This document shows, in pieces, positions 30,019 through 39,664 of a DNA stretch of 64,000 nt; within the stretch, counting starts at the first letter, position 1, and each line of letters opens with the position of its first letter. This DNA comes from Fimbriimonadia bacterium (lineage in GTDB: Bacteria > Armatimonadota > Fimbriimonadia > Fimbriimonadales > JABRVX01). The stretch lies in the NCBI GenBank assembly GCA_041483895.1, contig JBGPGO010000005.1, positions 160,001-224,000 on the forward strand, given 5' to 3'. The translations under genes and the position numbers were made by a program. The notes under the pieces are model-generated. The model searched no databases. It saw only the letters and a program-made list of their open reading frames with translations, and was not told where the DNA came from.

Positions 30019-30738
30019 TTAGGCCTGTGTGCCGACGGCTAGTTTCGACGCAGCAACAAGATCGATGAACCAAATCAACTCACCGTCGCAGTGAATCCCC
30101 TGCGCCGGGTTCACGAACGGCTCATAATCCCCCTCCAATGCGCGATGCACCGCAGGCGCCGTCTCGGCCCCGGATGCCAGAACCCATACGTGGTCGGCGA
30201 AGGACAGCGCGAGAGGACTTAGCGTAATCCACTTCTGCGTGGAACCGGGGGGGCGGCTCTGCTCGACCAGCCGCGGAACCATGCCCGCATCGAATTCCGG
30301 AAAGATCGCCGCAATCGTCCCGTCCGGCGATAGACTGACGAGAGCCAAATCCAGCGGCTCGACGTCGTTCTCATATCGGCGGCATTCGGATTGGATGTCC
30401 GCATGTTCCCCATGAATTCTGTGGACGGTTCCGATTGGAAGATGCTGCAAGAAGGACGTTTCGGCCCTGGCGAACTGGTTGTCCGGATGGTCCGTGGCTG
30501 CATGAATATCGTGCGTGAAGATAAGCGAGACCTTTCCCCATTCGACTGCGGATTTGAATTCGCTCGTTGTCAGCAATTGGGCAATAGCGATCAAATCTCC
30601 CTGGAATCCCATGGCGACCCGAAACCGGCCCCGCGCTTTTATGCACTCTTGCGCCAACCGCACAAACCGCTGGGCAACGATCCGGGTAAGGGCCTGTGGA
30701 TCGTCGACAAGTCGAATCGTGCGAACATCTCCGGCCAT
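30019..30738 (-). CDS. pgl: 6-phosphogluconolactonase-like protein (divergent)
   Basis: Directly downstream of tkt; RGRFRVA, W.KV.L, ITLS, LASG..A, W..D..AA; catalytic motifs altered. Confidence 0.7.
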   Translation of the reverse strand: MAGDVRTIRLVDDPQALTRIVAQRFVRLAQECIKARGRFRVAMGFQGDLIAIAQLLTTSEFKSAVEWGKVSLIFTHDIHAATDHPDNQFARAETSFLQHLPIGTVHRIHGEHADIQSECRRYENDVEPLDLALVSLSPDGTIAAIFPEFDAGMVPRLVEQSRPPGSTQKWITLSPLALSFADHVWVLASGAETAPAVHRALEGDYEPFVNPAQGIHCDGELIWFIDLVAASKLAVGTQA

Positions 30739-30739
30739 G

Positions 30740-32737
30740 CTAGTTTGTCAAAAGGCTCATTGCGGTTGCGGCGATATTCTCCGGCGTAAACCCATATTCC
30801 TGCATCAGAATCTCAACCGGGGCGGAAGCGCCGAATTTGTCGATGCATACAGTCTTTCCTTCAAGGCCGATATACCGCTCCCATCCCAACGGCGAAGCCG
30901 CCTCCACCGCGACCCTCTTCGTGATGGACGGCGGCAGGACGCAATCCCGATAGTCGCGCGGCTGCTGGTCGAAAAGCCGCCAGCACGGCATACTGACGAC
31001 CCGCGCCGCCACGCCTCCGTCCGCCAATCGCTGCGCCGCCGCCAGGGTTGGATGGATCTCCGATCCCGTAGAGATCAAAATCACTTTCGGCCGCCCGGTA
31101 CCAAAATCCGCCAAAACATATCCACCGTTTTGCAATCCCGAAGCAGGCGCGACGACGGATCGATCGAGCGTCGGAACCGATTGGCGGGTCAGGATCAGCA
31201 GCACAGGGCCGGACCGATGCTCCAATGCAATCCTCCATGCTTCGGCCGTCTCGTTCGCATCGCAAGGCCGGATCACAAGGCAGTTCGGAACCGCGCGCAT
31301 CGCGGCCAAATGCTCCACCGGCTGGTGTGTTGGTCCATCCTCACCCAATCCGATGCTGTCGTGCGTGTAAAGCATGATGAATCGGACGCCCGACAACGCA
31401 GCCAACCGGATCGGCGGCCGCATGTAGTCCGAAAAAACGAAGAAGGTCGAGCCGTACGGGATCACTCCGGGCGTAAGGGCCATGCCATGCAGTACGCCGC
31501 CCATCGCATGCTCCCGAATGCCGAAATGCATGGTCCGCGCGTCGTAGGAATCGGCCTCAAAATCCTTGCTGCCCTTGACCGTCGTGTTCGTCGACCCCGC
31601 GAGGTCGCCGGATCCGCCGATCAGATTCGGCAGCCGCGACGCGATGGCGGTCAAAACGTTCCCGGATGCGACGCGGGTCGCCATTCCTTTCTCCGGTCCA
31701 AACGTGGGAATTTCGGCGTCCCATCCGTCCGGAAGCCGCCCGGCGATCGATTCGAGATACTCGCCGGCCTCAGCCGGAAAAGCCGCCTGATAGGAGGCGA
31801 ATTGCGTCTGCCACGCCTCGTATCGCGCCGTGCCCTCATCCACTGTATTTCGCATTTCGGCGTACACCTCGTCCGGCACAGTAAACGGCTCTTCGTATGG
31901 CCAACCGAGATTCTTCTTTGTCAGCGCGACCTCTTCCGCGCCCAGCACGGACCCATGCGCCGCAGCGGTGTCCTGTTTATTCGGACTCCCATATCCGATG
32001 TGGGATCGCAATCGAATGAATGAGGGCCGGTCGGACGACTGCGATCGAGAGAGCGCCGATCCAATGGCTTCAAGGTCGTTTGCGTCTTCCAAATGTTGGG
32101 TGGACCAGCCGTACGACTCAAATCGCCGGCAAACATCTTCCGAAAAGGAAAGCGAGGTATTGCCATCGATCGTGATGTGATTGTCGTCATAGATGGCGGT
32201 GATGTTCGACAGCCGCAGATGCCCCGCGAGCGATGCGGCCTCCGAGGCAATCCCCTCCATCATATCGCCGTCCGAGCAGACCACGTAGATTCTGTAATCG
32301 AAGATTTCGTGGCCAGGACGATTGAAGCGCGCCGCCATCCATTTCTGCGCCACCGCCATCCCGACCGCCGCACCGAACCCCTGCCCAAGCGGACCGGTCG
32401 TCACTTCCACGCCGGGAGTATGCCCGTACTCAGGATGTCCAGGCGTTTTGCTTCCCCACTGCCGAAAATTCTTGATCTCTTCCCGCGAAAGATCATATCC
32501 TGTCAAGTGGAGATAGGAGTAGAGCAGCATCGACGCATGTCCGCAAGACAGCACGAACCGATCGCGAACGGGCCAATCCGGGTTCCGTGGGCTGTGCCGA
32601 AGGACGTGCCGATACAGTACGTACCCGAGCGGCGCCAACGCCATCGGCGTACCTGGATGGCCGCAGGTCGCCTTTTCCACAGCATCCATTGCCAGAGTTC
32701 GGACCGTGTTGATGCACAGCTGTTCGAGTTGGGTCAT
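30740..32737 (-). CDS. tkt: Transketolase
   Basis: GHPG.PM, DRFVLSCGH, TTGPLGQG, DGDMMEG, FGIREHAM, HDSIGLGEDGPTHQP. Confidence 0.98.
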   Translation of the reverse strand: MTQLEQLCINTVRTLAMDAVEKATCGHPGTPMALAPLGYVLYRHVLRHSPRNPDWPVRDRFVLSCGHASMLLYSYLHLTGYDLSREEIKNFRQWGSKTPGHPEYGHTPGVEVTTGPLGQGFGAAVGMAVAQKWMAARFNRPGHEIFDYRIYVVCSDGDMMEGIASEAASLAGHLRLSNITAIYDDNHITIDGNTSLSFSEDVCRRFESYGWSTQHLEDANDLEAIGSALSRSQSSDRPSFIRLRSHIGYGSPNKQDTAAAHGSVLGAEEVALTKKNLGWPYEEPFTVPDEVYAEMRNTVDEGTARYEAWQTQFASYQAAFPAEAGEYLESIAGRLPDGWDAEIPTFGPEKGMATRVASGNVLTAIASRLPNLIGGSGDLAGSTNTTVKGSKDFEADSYDARTMHFGIREHAMGGVLHGMALTPGVIPYGSTFFVFSDYMRPPIRLAALSGVRFIMLYTHDSIGLGEDGPTHQPVEHLAAMRAVPNCLVIRPCDANETAEAWRIALEHRSGPVLLILTRQSVPTLDRSVVAPASGLQNGGYVLADFGTGRPKVILISTGSEIHPTLAAAQRLADGGVAARVVSMPCWRLFDQQPRDYRDCVLPPSITKRVAVEAASPLGWERYIGLEGKTVCIDKFGASAPVEILMQEYGFTPENIAATAMSLLTN

Positions 32738-32786
32738 TCAGCGCTCTGTTCCTCTCATCCCTTACCAATAATCACTTCACAACAAT

Positions 32787-32831
32787 ACTAGCTAATCCCT
32801 TCACAGTCAGACTGTGAAGGGATTAGCTAGT
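32787..32831. terminator. 22-bp perfect inverted repeat
   Basis: ACTAGCTAATCCCTTCACAGTC-A-GACTGTGAAGGGATTAGCTAGT just after the 3' end of the PilX-like gene. Confidence 0.55.
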
Positions 32832-32848
32832 CTGACCGCGACGTAATT

Positions 32849-33886
32849 CTAATATCCGGGTAATTGCAAATTGTAGCCGAGATCAGCGTCGTCCCGGAGG
32901 GACGGATCGAGCGTCACATTCAAATCGCCTCCCAACGAAACCTGTTTTGCCGCAACGCCCCCCGTAATCGTTATGGTTCCGTTGTTCGTGAAGGTCCCCG
33001 CCGGCGCATAGTAGAAGCCGGTAGTCGAACCGACGATTGAATCAGTTGTTATGGAATTTGCCAATACAAAGATTTTCGCGTTGCCAACAACCGTAATACC
33101 GGCCAACTTCAACCGGAATGTGCCGGTGACGACGATAACAGTGTTCGTGGCCACCGCTCCTCCGGTCAACGTCAAGTTGCCTTCGACGTAGACGATCGCG
33201 GGAGACCCCGTCAGTAGGGACAACAACGTCGTATTCAGGTTGCCAATGTTCACTTTGCCGGCGATGGATTTATAGTAGTTGTAATCGATGGGCGGAAACG
33301 GGAGCTGCGGCGCGCCGACAGTGGTCGTTCCTGCCACTGTCGGGTTGGGTGGGCCGTCGATGTTCGTACCGACCAGCAGATTGCCGTTAACGGTACCGCC
33401 GTATGGCCACTTGACACGGTTGTTGGTGCGAATGTCGCCCTTCGTCCCACCCGAGCCGGTTGTTACAACAGAACCGGCATCGAAGTTGTCATTCGCCGCA
33501 ATCGCGTAGTCAAAGGGCCGCGCTACGTGAAAGCCCGGTCCGAGTATGCGGGTGACGGTGAGGGTCTGTCCATCATAGGTTGCCGTAGAGACTGCCTGAA
33601 CGGACGCCCACGACGGGGTGTTGACCTGCGAAAGAACCACCTTGTAGCTGGACAGACCAACCGTGCCGTTGATGGTTTGATCCAAAGTCTGGGTGGCAAT
33701 CAGCTCGTATTTTGCCCGCTCGATCCCCGCCTCGCAAGCATCGCGCAATCGTTGCCGCGCCGTCGCGCGATAGGCCCGCGAATAGGACGCGGTCGAGACT
33801 TCGATAACGGCAAGAGCCACAAGCGACCCGATGGTGACAACCACCAACGCCAACAAGAGCGCGCCGCCCCGATCTTGCCGCTTCAT
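32849..33886 (-). CDS. PilX/GspK-like minor pilin with a large C-terminal domain
   Basis: RGGALLLALVV N-terminus (no Glu5); A.EAGIE.A. Confidence 0.7.
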   Translation of the reverse strand: MKRQDRGGALLLALVVVTIGSLVALAVIEVSTASYSRAYRATARQRLRDACEAGIERAKYELIATQTLDQTINGTVGLSSYKVVLSQVNTPSWASVQAVSTATYDGQTLTVTRILGPGFHVARPFDYAIAANDNFDAGSVVTTGSGGTKGDIRTNNRVKWPYGGTVNGNLLVGTNIDGPPNPTVAGTTTVGAPQLPFPPIDYNYYKSIAGKVNIGNLNTTLLSLLTGSPAIVYVEGNLTLTGGAVATNTVIVVTGTFRLKLAGITVVGNAKIFVLANSITTDSIVGSTTGFYYAPAGTFTNNGTITITGGVAAKQVSLGGDLNVTLDPSLRDDADLGYNLQLPGY

Positions 33887-34524
33887 GGAGCGTTGTTCCT
33901 ATAATATGTGACGAGCTGGATGCCCGCGCCTTCAGAGTTCACGACGCGCTTGCCTTGTAGAATCGACGCCATTACGGATTCATCGATGTTGAAATTGAGG
34001 GTAACCGTCTTGGAGACGCCATCAATGACCGGCAGGAAACCCCAGATGCCTTGCACCCTTGGCGCTCCGGAATAGTATGTGGACCAGGCTGTGTCTATCG
34101 TGTAGACGACACTTCCGGCCGGAGCTGTCGCCTTCCAAAGAGTATCGCCTGGGACAAGCTGGCTTCCCGTGCTGTCCGAAATATAGAAAAGTACTTTGCT
34201 GCCCGCTTGGAACTTCGCTTTTCCAAAAGCATCGACTCTCCACGGTGCATATACGCCGCTGATAATCGTGTCCGGCATCGTACAAAGCAGACCGGGCTGT
34301 CCGTTCGCAATCGCTGCCGGTGAACACGAAAAGGCGTCCTCGATGGTCGGTCGCATTCGTTCAATCGCCTCGGCAATTTGGATGTTGACGGATGCCTGCG
34401 CCGCGACAGCCGCCGTCTCCCGCATGACGAACGAATAGGCCATCACGCCGACGCTGATCGTCACCGACGACAACGCCGTGACGATAACCATCTCGATGAG
34501 GGTGAAGGCGCGACTACGGCCCAT
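33883..34524 (-). CDS. Prepilin-type minor pilin (PilW/GspJ-like)
   Basis: RAFTLIEMVIV. Confidence 0.8.
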   Translation of the reverse strand: MGRSRAFTLIEMVIVTALSSVTISVGVMAYSFVMRETAAVAAQASVNIQIAEAIERMRPTIEDAFSCSPAAIANGQPGLLCTMPDTIISGVYAPWRVDAFGKAKFQAGSKVLFYISDSTGSQLVPGDTLWKATAPAGSVVYTIDTAWSTYYSGAPRVQGIWGFLPVIDGVSKTVTLNFNIDESVMASILQGKRVVNSEGAGIQLVTYYRNNAP

Positions 34525-34903
34525 AGACCATCGTCTCCAGCGTCACGCTGTTAGATAAGTTGCCAAGCCTGCCACCGGCCGTCCATGCGACCACCACCTG
34601 GACTGTCCACAGGTTTGTCCGCACTGCGTCTTTGGTATAAGTAACAGTTCCGGTCGATCCGGAAGGCAACCCGTTCAGCGATGCGATATTAACCGTCCCT
34701 GCCGTTCGCGTGGGCGCTGCTTTGGCAGTCTCTATGGTTGACTGTGCGATAGCCAAAGCATAAAGCCGGTATCGCGCTTTAATATTGACGCCGTGAGCGT
34801 ACCGTATCGCTTCCACAGTCGCAGTAGCCCCTGTAGAAATCACCAGGAGCGCTATCAGCAGCTCAAGCAGAGTGAAACCCAGCCTACGTCTCAATTTCAT
34901 CAT
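34514..34903 (-). CDS. Prepilin-type minor pilin (PilV/GspI-like)
   Basis: LGFTLLELLIALLV; V.V.V.W C-terminus. Confidence 0.8.
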   Translation of the reverse strand: MMKLRRRLGFTLLELLIALLVISTGATATVEAIRYAHGVNIKARYRLYALAIAQSTIETAKAAPTRTAGTVNIASLNGLPSGSTGTVTYTKDAVRTNLWTVQVVVAWTAGGRLGNLSNSVTLETMVYGP

Positions 34904-34975
34904 TTCCCTTCCCCATTATCGGCATCTGAGACATTCGCGCCGCCTGACCGAACCTACTATTGAGGGACCTGTACA

Positions 34976-36646
34976 ATGAACAATAAGAGGCACGCTGAAC
35001 TGCTCATCGTGCGCGTTCGCTGGGCCTTGCTGGCCACCGCCTGCGTCATGCTGGAGGGAAGCGTCGCGCTGCCCTACATTGTCGCGATTGCCGCTGCCGT
35101 CGCTGCCTTCAACGCGCTCGTTTGGCGGTCTACGCAAACGAGCGAGATGTACATCACCTCGGGGCGTCGCCTCGCCAACATTGGCCGCGTCCTTGATTTT
35201 GTTGTCATCACTCTAACCATGTTCGCCCCCGGCGGAACATCCTCGAATACTTACCTGCTTTACATTGTCGTATTGGTCGAGGCGGGATTTGCCGACATCA
35301 AGCCCCGCAATCTGATCTACCTGACCGCCGGTTCGATGGCAGTATTTTTCAGCGCCAGCATGCACCAGCATCCTGCCGCACTTTCAACTATCGGCCTCTG
35401 GACAAAGATGGGACTGATTTCCACCGGTTGGGTCGGCGGCATGTACGTGAGCGCGACACGCATACAGGACGCTACGGGCCGGCACCGGGAACAACGGTTG
35501 AACGCCATCTACGAAACCTCCCTACGCCTGATAAGCGGAGAGGATATCAATCGAATTCTCACCCAAATCCTGCGCACCGCCGTGAACGAGATGAATGCCA
35601 CGGCCGGCTACATCATGCTGACCATGCCCGATGACCCGGAGCAGCTCGCAACCGAAGTGGCCTACAGCACAAACTCCGACTACGACTTTCCGCGCTCGCT
35701 GCGCTTTGGCGAGGGCATGGCGGGATACGTCGCGGCGACCGGTCAGCCGCTGCTGCTGAATTCAACCGACACGGAAGGCCAGCCGCTCGCTTCGGACCTG
35801 TCGCTTGCCGGCAGCACCGCCGCCGTCATCGTGCCGCTTCTCAATCGATTCGCCAACGTCGCGGCCACGAAAAAAAACCAGGAAGTGATCGGGTGCCTCG
35901 TGGTCCAATCGTCGGATCGAGGCAATCCGTTTTCCGAAGACGATCTGATGCTAGGGCGCATGCTGGCGTCTCTCATCTCCGTTGCCAGCGCCAACGCCCG
36001 CTTGTATGAAGATATGAGTCAGACGTTCCTACGCACATTAGAAACCCTGGCGAACTCCTTGGAAGCCCGCGACGAGTACACGCGAGGCCACTCCCAGCGA
36101 GTCTGCGATCTCTCTCTCATGATCGCGAAACATATGGGTGTCTGCGAGGAAGCCCTCGATGAAATGCGCGTTGGGACCCTCCTCCACGATATCGGCAAAA
36201 TCGGCATCCCGGACGCGGTCCTCAACAAACCCGGCCGCCTCACAGAGGACGAGTTCAACCAAATGAAGCGGCATCCGGTCATCGGTTACGAAATTTGCAA
36301 ACCGCTCGGCCTCAACGAGGGCGCGCTTATGCTCATTCGAAATCATCATGAAAAGCTGGATGGAAGCGGCTATCCGGACGGAATACGAGGCGGCGAGCTT
36401 CCGCTGTCCGTCCGTATCGTCTGTGTGGCTGATGCGTTCGACGCCATGTCGTCCCGCCGTCCCTACCGCGAAGTGATGGACGAAAAGTTGCGTTTGGAGC
36501 AGTTCAACCGTTTCGCCGGTTCCCAGTTCGACCCCGTGGTCGTTCAGACCCTCAAGCAACTCTTGAGAGAGGGCAAGCTGGACGAGATGTATGCCGACCA
36601 CTGGACCAACGTCGAGCGGGACGAGGATGTCAAATATGCGGCGTAG
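34976..36646 (+). CDS. Membrane GAF + HD-GYP cyclic-dinucleotide phosphodiesterase
   Basis: N-terminal TM helices; GEG.AG.VA.TG GAF; HS.RV, LHDIGK, HHEKLDGSGYP, DAFDAM...RPYR. Confidence 0.9.
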   Translation: MNNKRHAELLIVRVRWALLATACVMLEGSVALPYIVAIAAAVAAFNALVWRSTQTSEMYITSGRRLANIGRVLDFVVITLTMFAPGGTSSNTYLLYIVVLVEAGFADIKPRNLIYLTAGSMAVFFSASMHQHPAALSTIGLWTKMGLISTGWVGGMYVSATRIQDATGRHREQRLNAIYETSLRLISGEDINRILTQILRTAVNEMNATAGYIMLTMPDDPEQLATEVAYSTNSDYDFPRSLRFGEGMAGYVAATGQPLLLNSTDTEGQPLASDLSLAGSTAAVIVPLLNRFANVAATKKNQEVIGCLVVQSSDRGNPFSEDDLMLGRMLASLISVASANARLYEDMSQTFLRTLETLANSLEARDEYTRGHSQRVCDLSLMIAKHMGVCEEALDEMRVGTLLHDIGKIGIPDAVLNKPGRLTEDEFNQMKRHPVIGYEICKPLGLNEGALMLIRNHHEKLDGSGYPDGIRGGELPLSVRIVCVADAFDAMSSRRPYREVMDEKLRLEQFNRFAGSQFDPVVVQTLKQLLREGKLDEMYADHWTNVERDEDVKYAA

Positions 36647-37820
36647 CTCGGATGCTCGGCAGGCCGACTATCGAGCGGGCTTTGGAGTCGACTTTGGGCG
36701 CCGGCTCCTCAAAGCAATCCTCGTCGAGGATAGCTTTGAAGGCGTCGTTGTCCGGGCCGCGGCCACGAGTCCTGTGTCGCCGGGATGCTTCATGGGAGAT
36801 GTGATCGGCGAGCGCAAAAAGGTGGCTGCCCTCCTAAAATCCCTTTGCGCATCGCAGGGCATCCTTCCCCGGCGCGGCCGATTCTCGGTCCCAACGTCTG
36901 CCCTCAATCTACGATGGGTGGACCTGCCACCGGTCGACGACGTGGATCTGCAAGATGTCGCCGCGTTCCAAGCCAGGCGGTATTTCCCGTCGGCGGAAGG
37001 CGGCAGCTACCAGACCCTCACGCGCCTCACTGGAGCATCGGAGGGAGATGCTGCGCACTATCTTCTGGTCAGCGCTCCGAAAGATGTGGTGGACAGCCGG
37101 GCGCTGGTGATGGAGGCCGCGGGAATCGAACCGGTTGCGGCCGACATCGAGCCGCTATGCGTTCTGCGCGCTCTGCAAGGTCTTTTCTCCCACGGAGGAG
37201 TCTTTTGGCGTAACCAATCCCTGACGTTTGTGGAGATGGGTTCGCATTCCACGCAGATGTACGTGGTTCGCGATATGGCGCTGCGCTTCGTGCGGGCGAT
37301 CCCGATCGGCGGCCGGAACGTGGCGCTCAAAGTCGCGGAACATCGCGGCTGCACGGAAGCCCAGGCGGCCGATTGGGTGGAAGGGCCGACCAGCGCCATC
37401 ACAATCGATGGGATGTTGCGAGTGGGACCGGACGGAGAGCGGCAGGAGCTGTCTGTCGATTCTGTGTTGGCGCCCATGATTCGTGAGATTCATCGGCTGC
37501 TTATTTACTACCGATCCCTCTTTCCGGAACGCAGCTATGCGGGAATCTTGGACAGGGTCTACCTGTGTGGGGGCATGGCGTCGCTGCGCGGGATGGAGCA
37601 GGTGCTTGCGCATCAATTGGGGGTCAGCATCCATCTGGTCAACCCGTTCTCCCAAGCATTGGCAAAATTCAACATCAACGCATTCGAATCGGTATCGCAC
37701 CGCGAACATGCGTTCACAGGCACGATGGGCCTGGCAACGGCCGACTTGATGGACGCACCGCTTGGCGAAGGAGCCATCTATAGTGACAGTAGCGACTTCC
37801 TCTGGACACGTCCAGCATGA
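36636..37820 (+). CDS. pilM: Type IV pilus assembly protein PilM-like
   Basis: GVDFG...LKA, D.EP, VEMG...T, IPIGG, LCGG.A.L.G, NPF actin-like motifs. Confidence 0.8.
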   Translation: MRRSSDARQADYRAGFGVDFGRRLLKAILVEDSFEGVVVRAAATSPVSPGCFMGDVIGERKKVAALLKSLCASQGILPRRGRFSVPTSALNLRWVDLPPVDDVDLQDVAAFQARRYFPSAEGGSYQTLTRLTGASEGDAAHYLLVSAPKDVVDSRALVMEAAGIEPVAADIEPLCVLRALQGLFSHGGVFWRNQSLTFVEMGSHSTQMYVVRDMALRFVRAIPIGGRNVALKVAEHRGCTEAQAADWVEGPTSAITIDGMLRVGPDGERQELSVDSVLAPMIREIHRLLIYYRSLFPERSYAGILDRVYLCGGMASLRGMEQVLAHQLGVSIHLVNPFSQALAKFNINAFESVSHREHAFTGTMGLATADLMDAPLGEGAIYSDSSDFLWTRPA

Positions 37821-38391
37821 AGCAACCCTAAGTTTCGGGCAAGTAAACCTGCTTGCGGAACGCATTGCGGCGCATGAGAACAACTATCGCCGTTCGCGTG
37901 GCGCTGTCCGCGGATTAGTCGTTCTTCTGTTGATCGCCGGTCTCGCTCTGCCGTATGGATGGGTCGTCTGCCGCTCGCTCGATACCGACGTGACAAAAGA
38001 AGGGCGCACGCTTTCGCAATCAAAATCCCGCCTAAACAAGATGGGGGCCGCGGCAGCGACGCTCGCGCCGACCATTGGCTACCTCGATCGGAAACAGGTC
38101 TCAGGTGAGCATCTCCTCTCTTGGAAATCGGCAATCTCCATCCTTGAATCGGCCGCGGGCACGGATGGACTCGTCTCGCAGATCAAGCTCAAGCTCTCTC
38201 CAGGCCAGATGGATGCGGAGATGACCGGGGAAACCCGATCGCTCCTAGCGGCAAACGAATTGGCGGCACGATACCAAGATTCTCCGGCGACGAAGGAGCT
38301 TCACGTCGTGTCAATCAAGGAGGCCACAACGCTGGACGCGACCAAAGGCGCTGCGCAATATGAAATCAAGGGGAAGATCGGTCTTCAATGA
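37783..38391 (+). CDS. PilN-like alignment protein
   Basis: GTG 9 nt after AAGGAG; VNLL motif, TM helix, position after pilM. Confidence 0.65.
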   Translation: MTVATSSGHVQHEATLSFGQVNLLAERIAAHENNYRRSRGAVRGLVVLLLIAGLALPYGWVVCRSLDTDVTKEGRTLSQSKSRLNKMGAAAATLAPTIGYLDRKQVSGEHLLSWKSAISILESAAGTDGLVSQIKLKLSPGQMDAEMTGETRSLLAANELAARYQDSPATKELHVVSIKEATTLDATKGAAQYEIKGKIGLQ

Positions 38392-38987
38392 ACAGCCGCG
38401 TCCTCCTCTCCAAGCCATGCACTGTTGAGTCGTTGACGACGACCTTGCGAATCGTGGCGGCGGTCGTCCTGGTCGCGGGCGGCTATATCGGTTATCGCGT
38501 CTACGGATCAACAGTGAAATTGAATGATCTCAGGCGCTCCATCCACACAAGCTCCACAAGTTTTCAGGACGCCCAGAAGCTGTACAGAGACAACACGATA
38601 AAGGCGGCCGGAATGTCGCGCGTGGACGTGACGCAGCAGACGGCGATTCGGTTCGCGGCGCAGCTCGATCGGCTTTGCCGAGAGAGCGGCGGAAAGATAA
38701 CGAAGATCGCGACGGAGGGCGTGGAGCGGATGGCGCTCGACAACTTCGACAAGGGGACGGCGGTGCCCGGTTGGCAGGTGGTCGGCAGCGAAGTTGACGT
38801 GGTCGGTTCGTATCCGGCGATTCATGCAATTCTGAATCACCTGAGCGAACTGCCTAGCCCCGTGGAAGTTACCGGCATATCGATTACCCGTTTAGGGCTG
38901 ATGGACAACAACAAAGGGTCCAAGTTGGAATTGAAGATGAATGTCGAGGTGTACCAGCCGGGCGGCGATACAGGGGCTGCCAAGTGA
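38388..38987 (+). CDS. PilO/GspM-like protein
   Basis: TM + coiled coil; V.GSY..I...L..L..LP motif. Confidence 0.7.
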   Translation: MNSRVLLSKPCTVESLTTTLRIVAAVVLVAGGYIGYRVYGSTVKLNDLRRSIHTSSTSFQDAQKLYRDNTIKAAGMSRVDVTQQTAIRFAAQLDRLCRESGGKITKIATEGVERMALDNFDKGTAVPGWQVVGSEVDVVGSYPAIHAILNHLSELPSPVEVTGISITRLGLMDNNKGSKLELKMNVEVYQPGGDTGAAK

Positions 38988-39664
38988 ACCTGAAGAAACT
39001 CCGCCACGATCCTCGGTTGGTTGCGCCGCTCACGATCGTCGCCATATTTACAACGGGTTATGCGCTGATGCAGTCAATGCCGAAAGGGCCTCCACCGAAG
39101 GTGGCGGTGAAGGAGATTGGCCCTCAGGCGATGGGAATCACGAAGGCGGCGCACAACCACTTGCATCTCTCGGTGGTGCGATCGGATCCCTACTTTCATC
39201 CCAGACTCCTAACCGCTGAGGAGAAAGGCGTGGTCGAGGAGAATCCGAATCCTGATTTCGGCGTGGAAGGACTTTACGGGAACCTGCACCCTGTCCGAAT
39301 TGGTCAGACGTCCGAAACGTCCGCACAGCCAAACACGGGAGCCGGCGGCGCAAAGTCAGCCTCCCAACCCGGCCCAGAACCAAAGACAGCGCCCGTTAAG
39401 AGCACCAAACCGCAACAAAAGAAAGATTCCGGACCTGTCACGCCCGAGCCACCGGATTACCGGCTGTCGGCAGTGTTATGGGGAACCAAACCGTTGGCGG
39501 TGCTCGTCGGACCCGACAACACTCCGCTCTACGTGACGACCGGCGACAAATTGCCGACCGGCGAAATAGTGAAAATCCTTTCCCGCAAAAGCATCCGGCT
39601 AACAAAAAGCGGCCATCCATTCCTGATCGTGCTCTCCGGTGAGGAGGAGAAGAAGAACCCATGA
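38984..39664 (+). CDS. PilP/GspC-like protein
   Basis: DPYF motif; YRLSAVLWG..PLAVL...V..GD; position before the secretin. Confidence 0.55.
   Translation: MNLKKLRHDPRLVAPLTIVAIFTTGYALMQSMPKGPPPKVAVKEIGPQAMGITKAAHNHLHLSVVRSDPYFHPRLLTAEEKGVVEENPNPDFGVEGLYGNLHPVRIGQTSETSAQPNTGAGGAKSASQPGPEPKTAPVKSTKPQQKKDSGPVTPEPPDYRLSAVLWGTKPLAVLVGPDNTPLYVTTGDKLPTGEIVKILSRKSIRLTKSGHPFLIVLSGEEEKKNP

Noticed and set aside
30515..32023. 502-aa plus-strand ORF
   Set aside because: Antisense shadow of tkt/pgl, Arg/Pro-rich with no motifs; the same applies to most short overlapping ORFs in the track
37817..37831. Apparent frameshift in the pilN-like gene (the ATG overlapping the pilM stop gives only MKQP*)
   Set aside because: An in-frame GTG at 37783 with AAGGAG 9 nt upstream explains the gene without a frameshift
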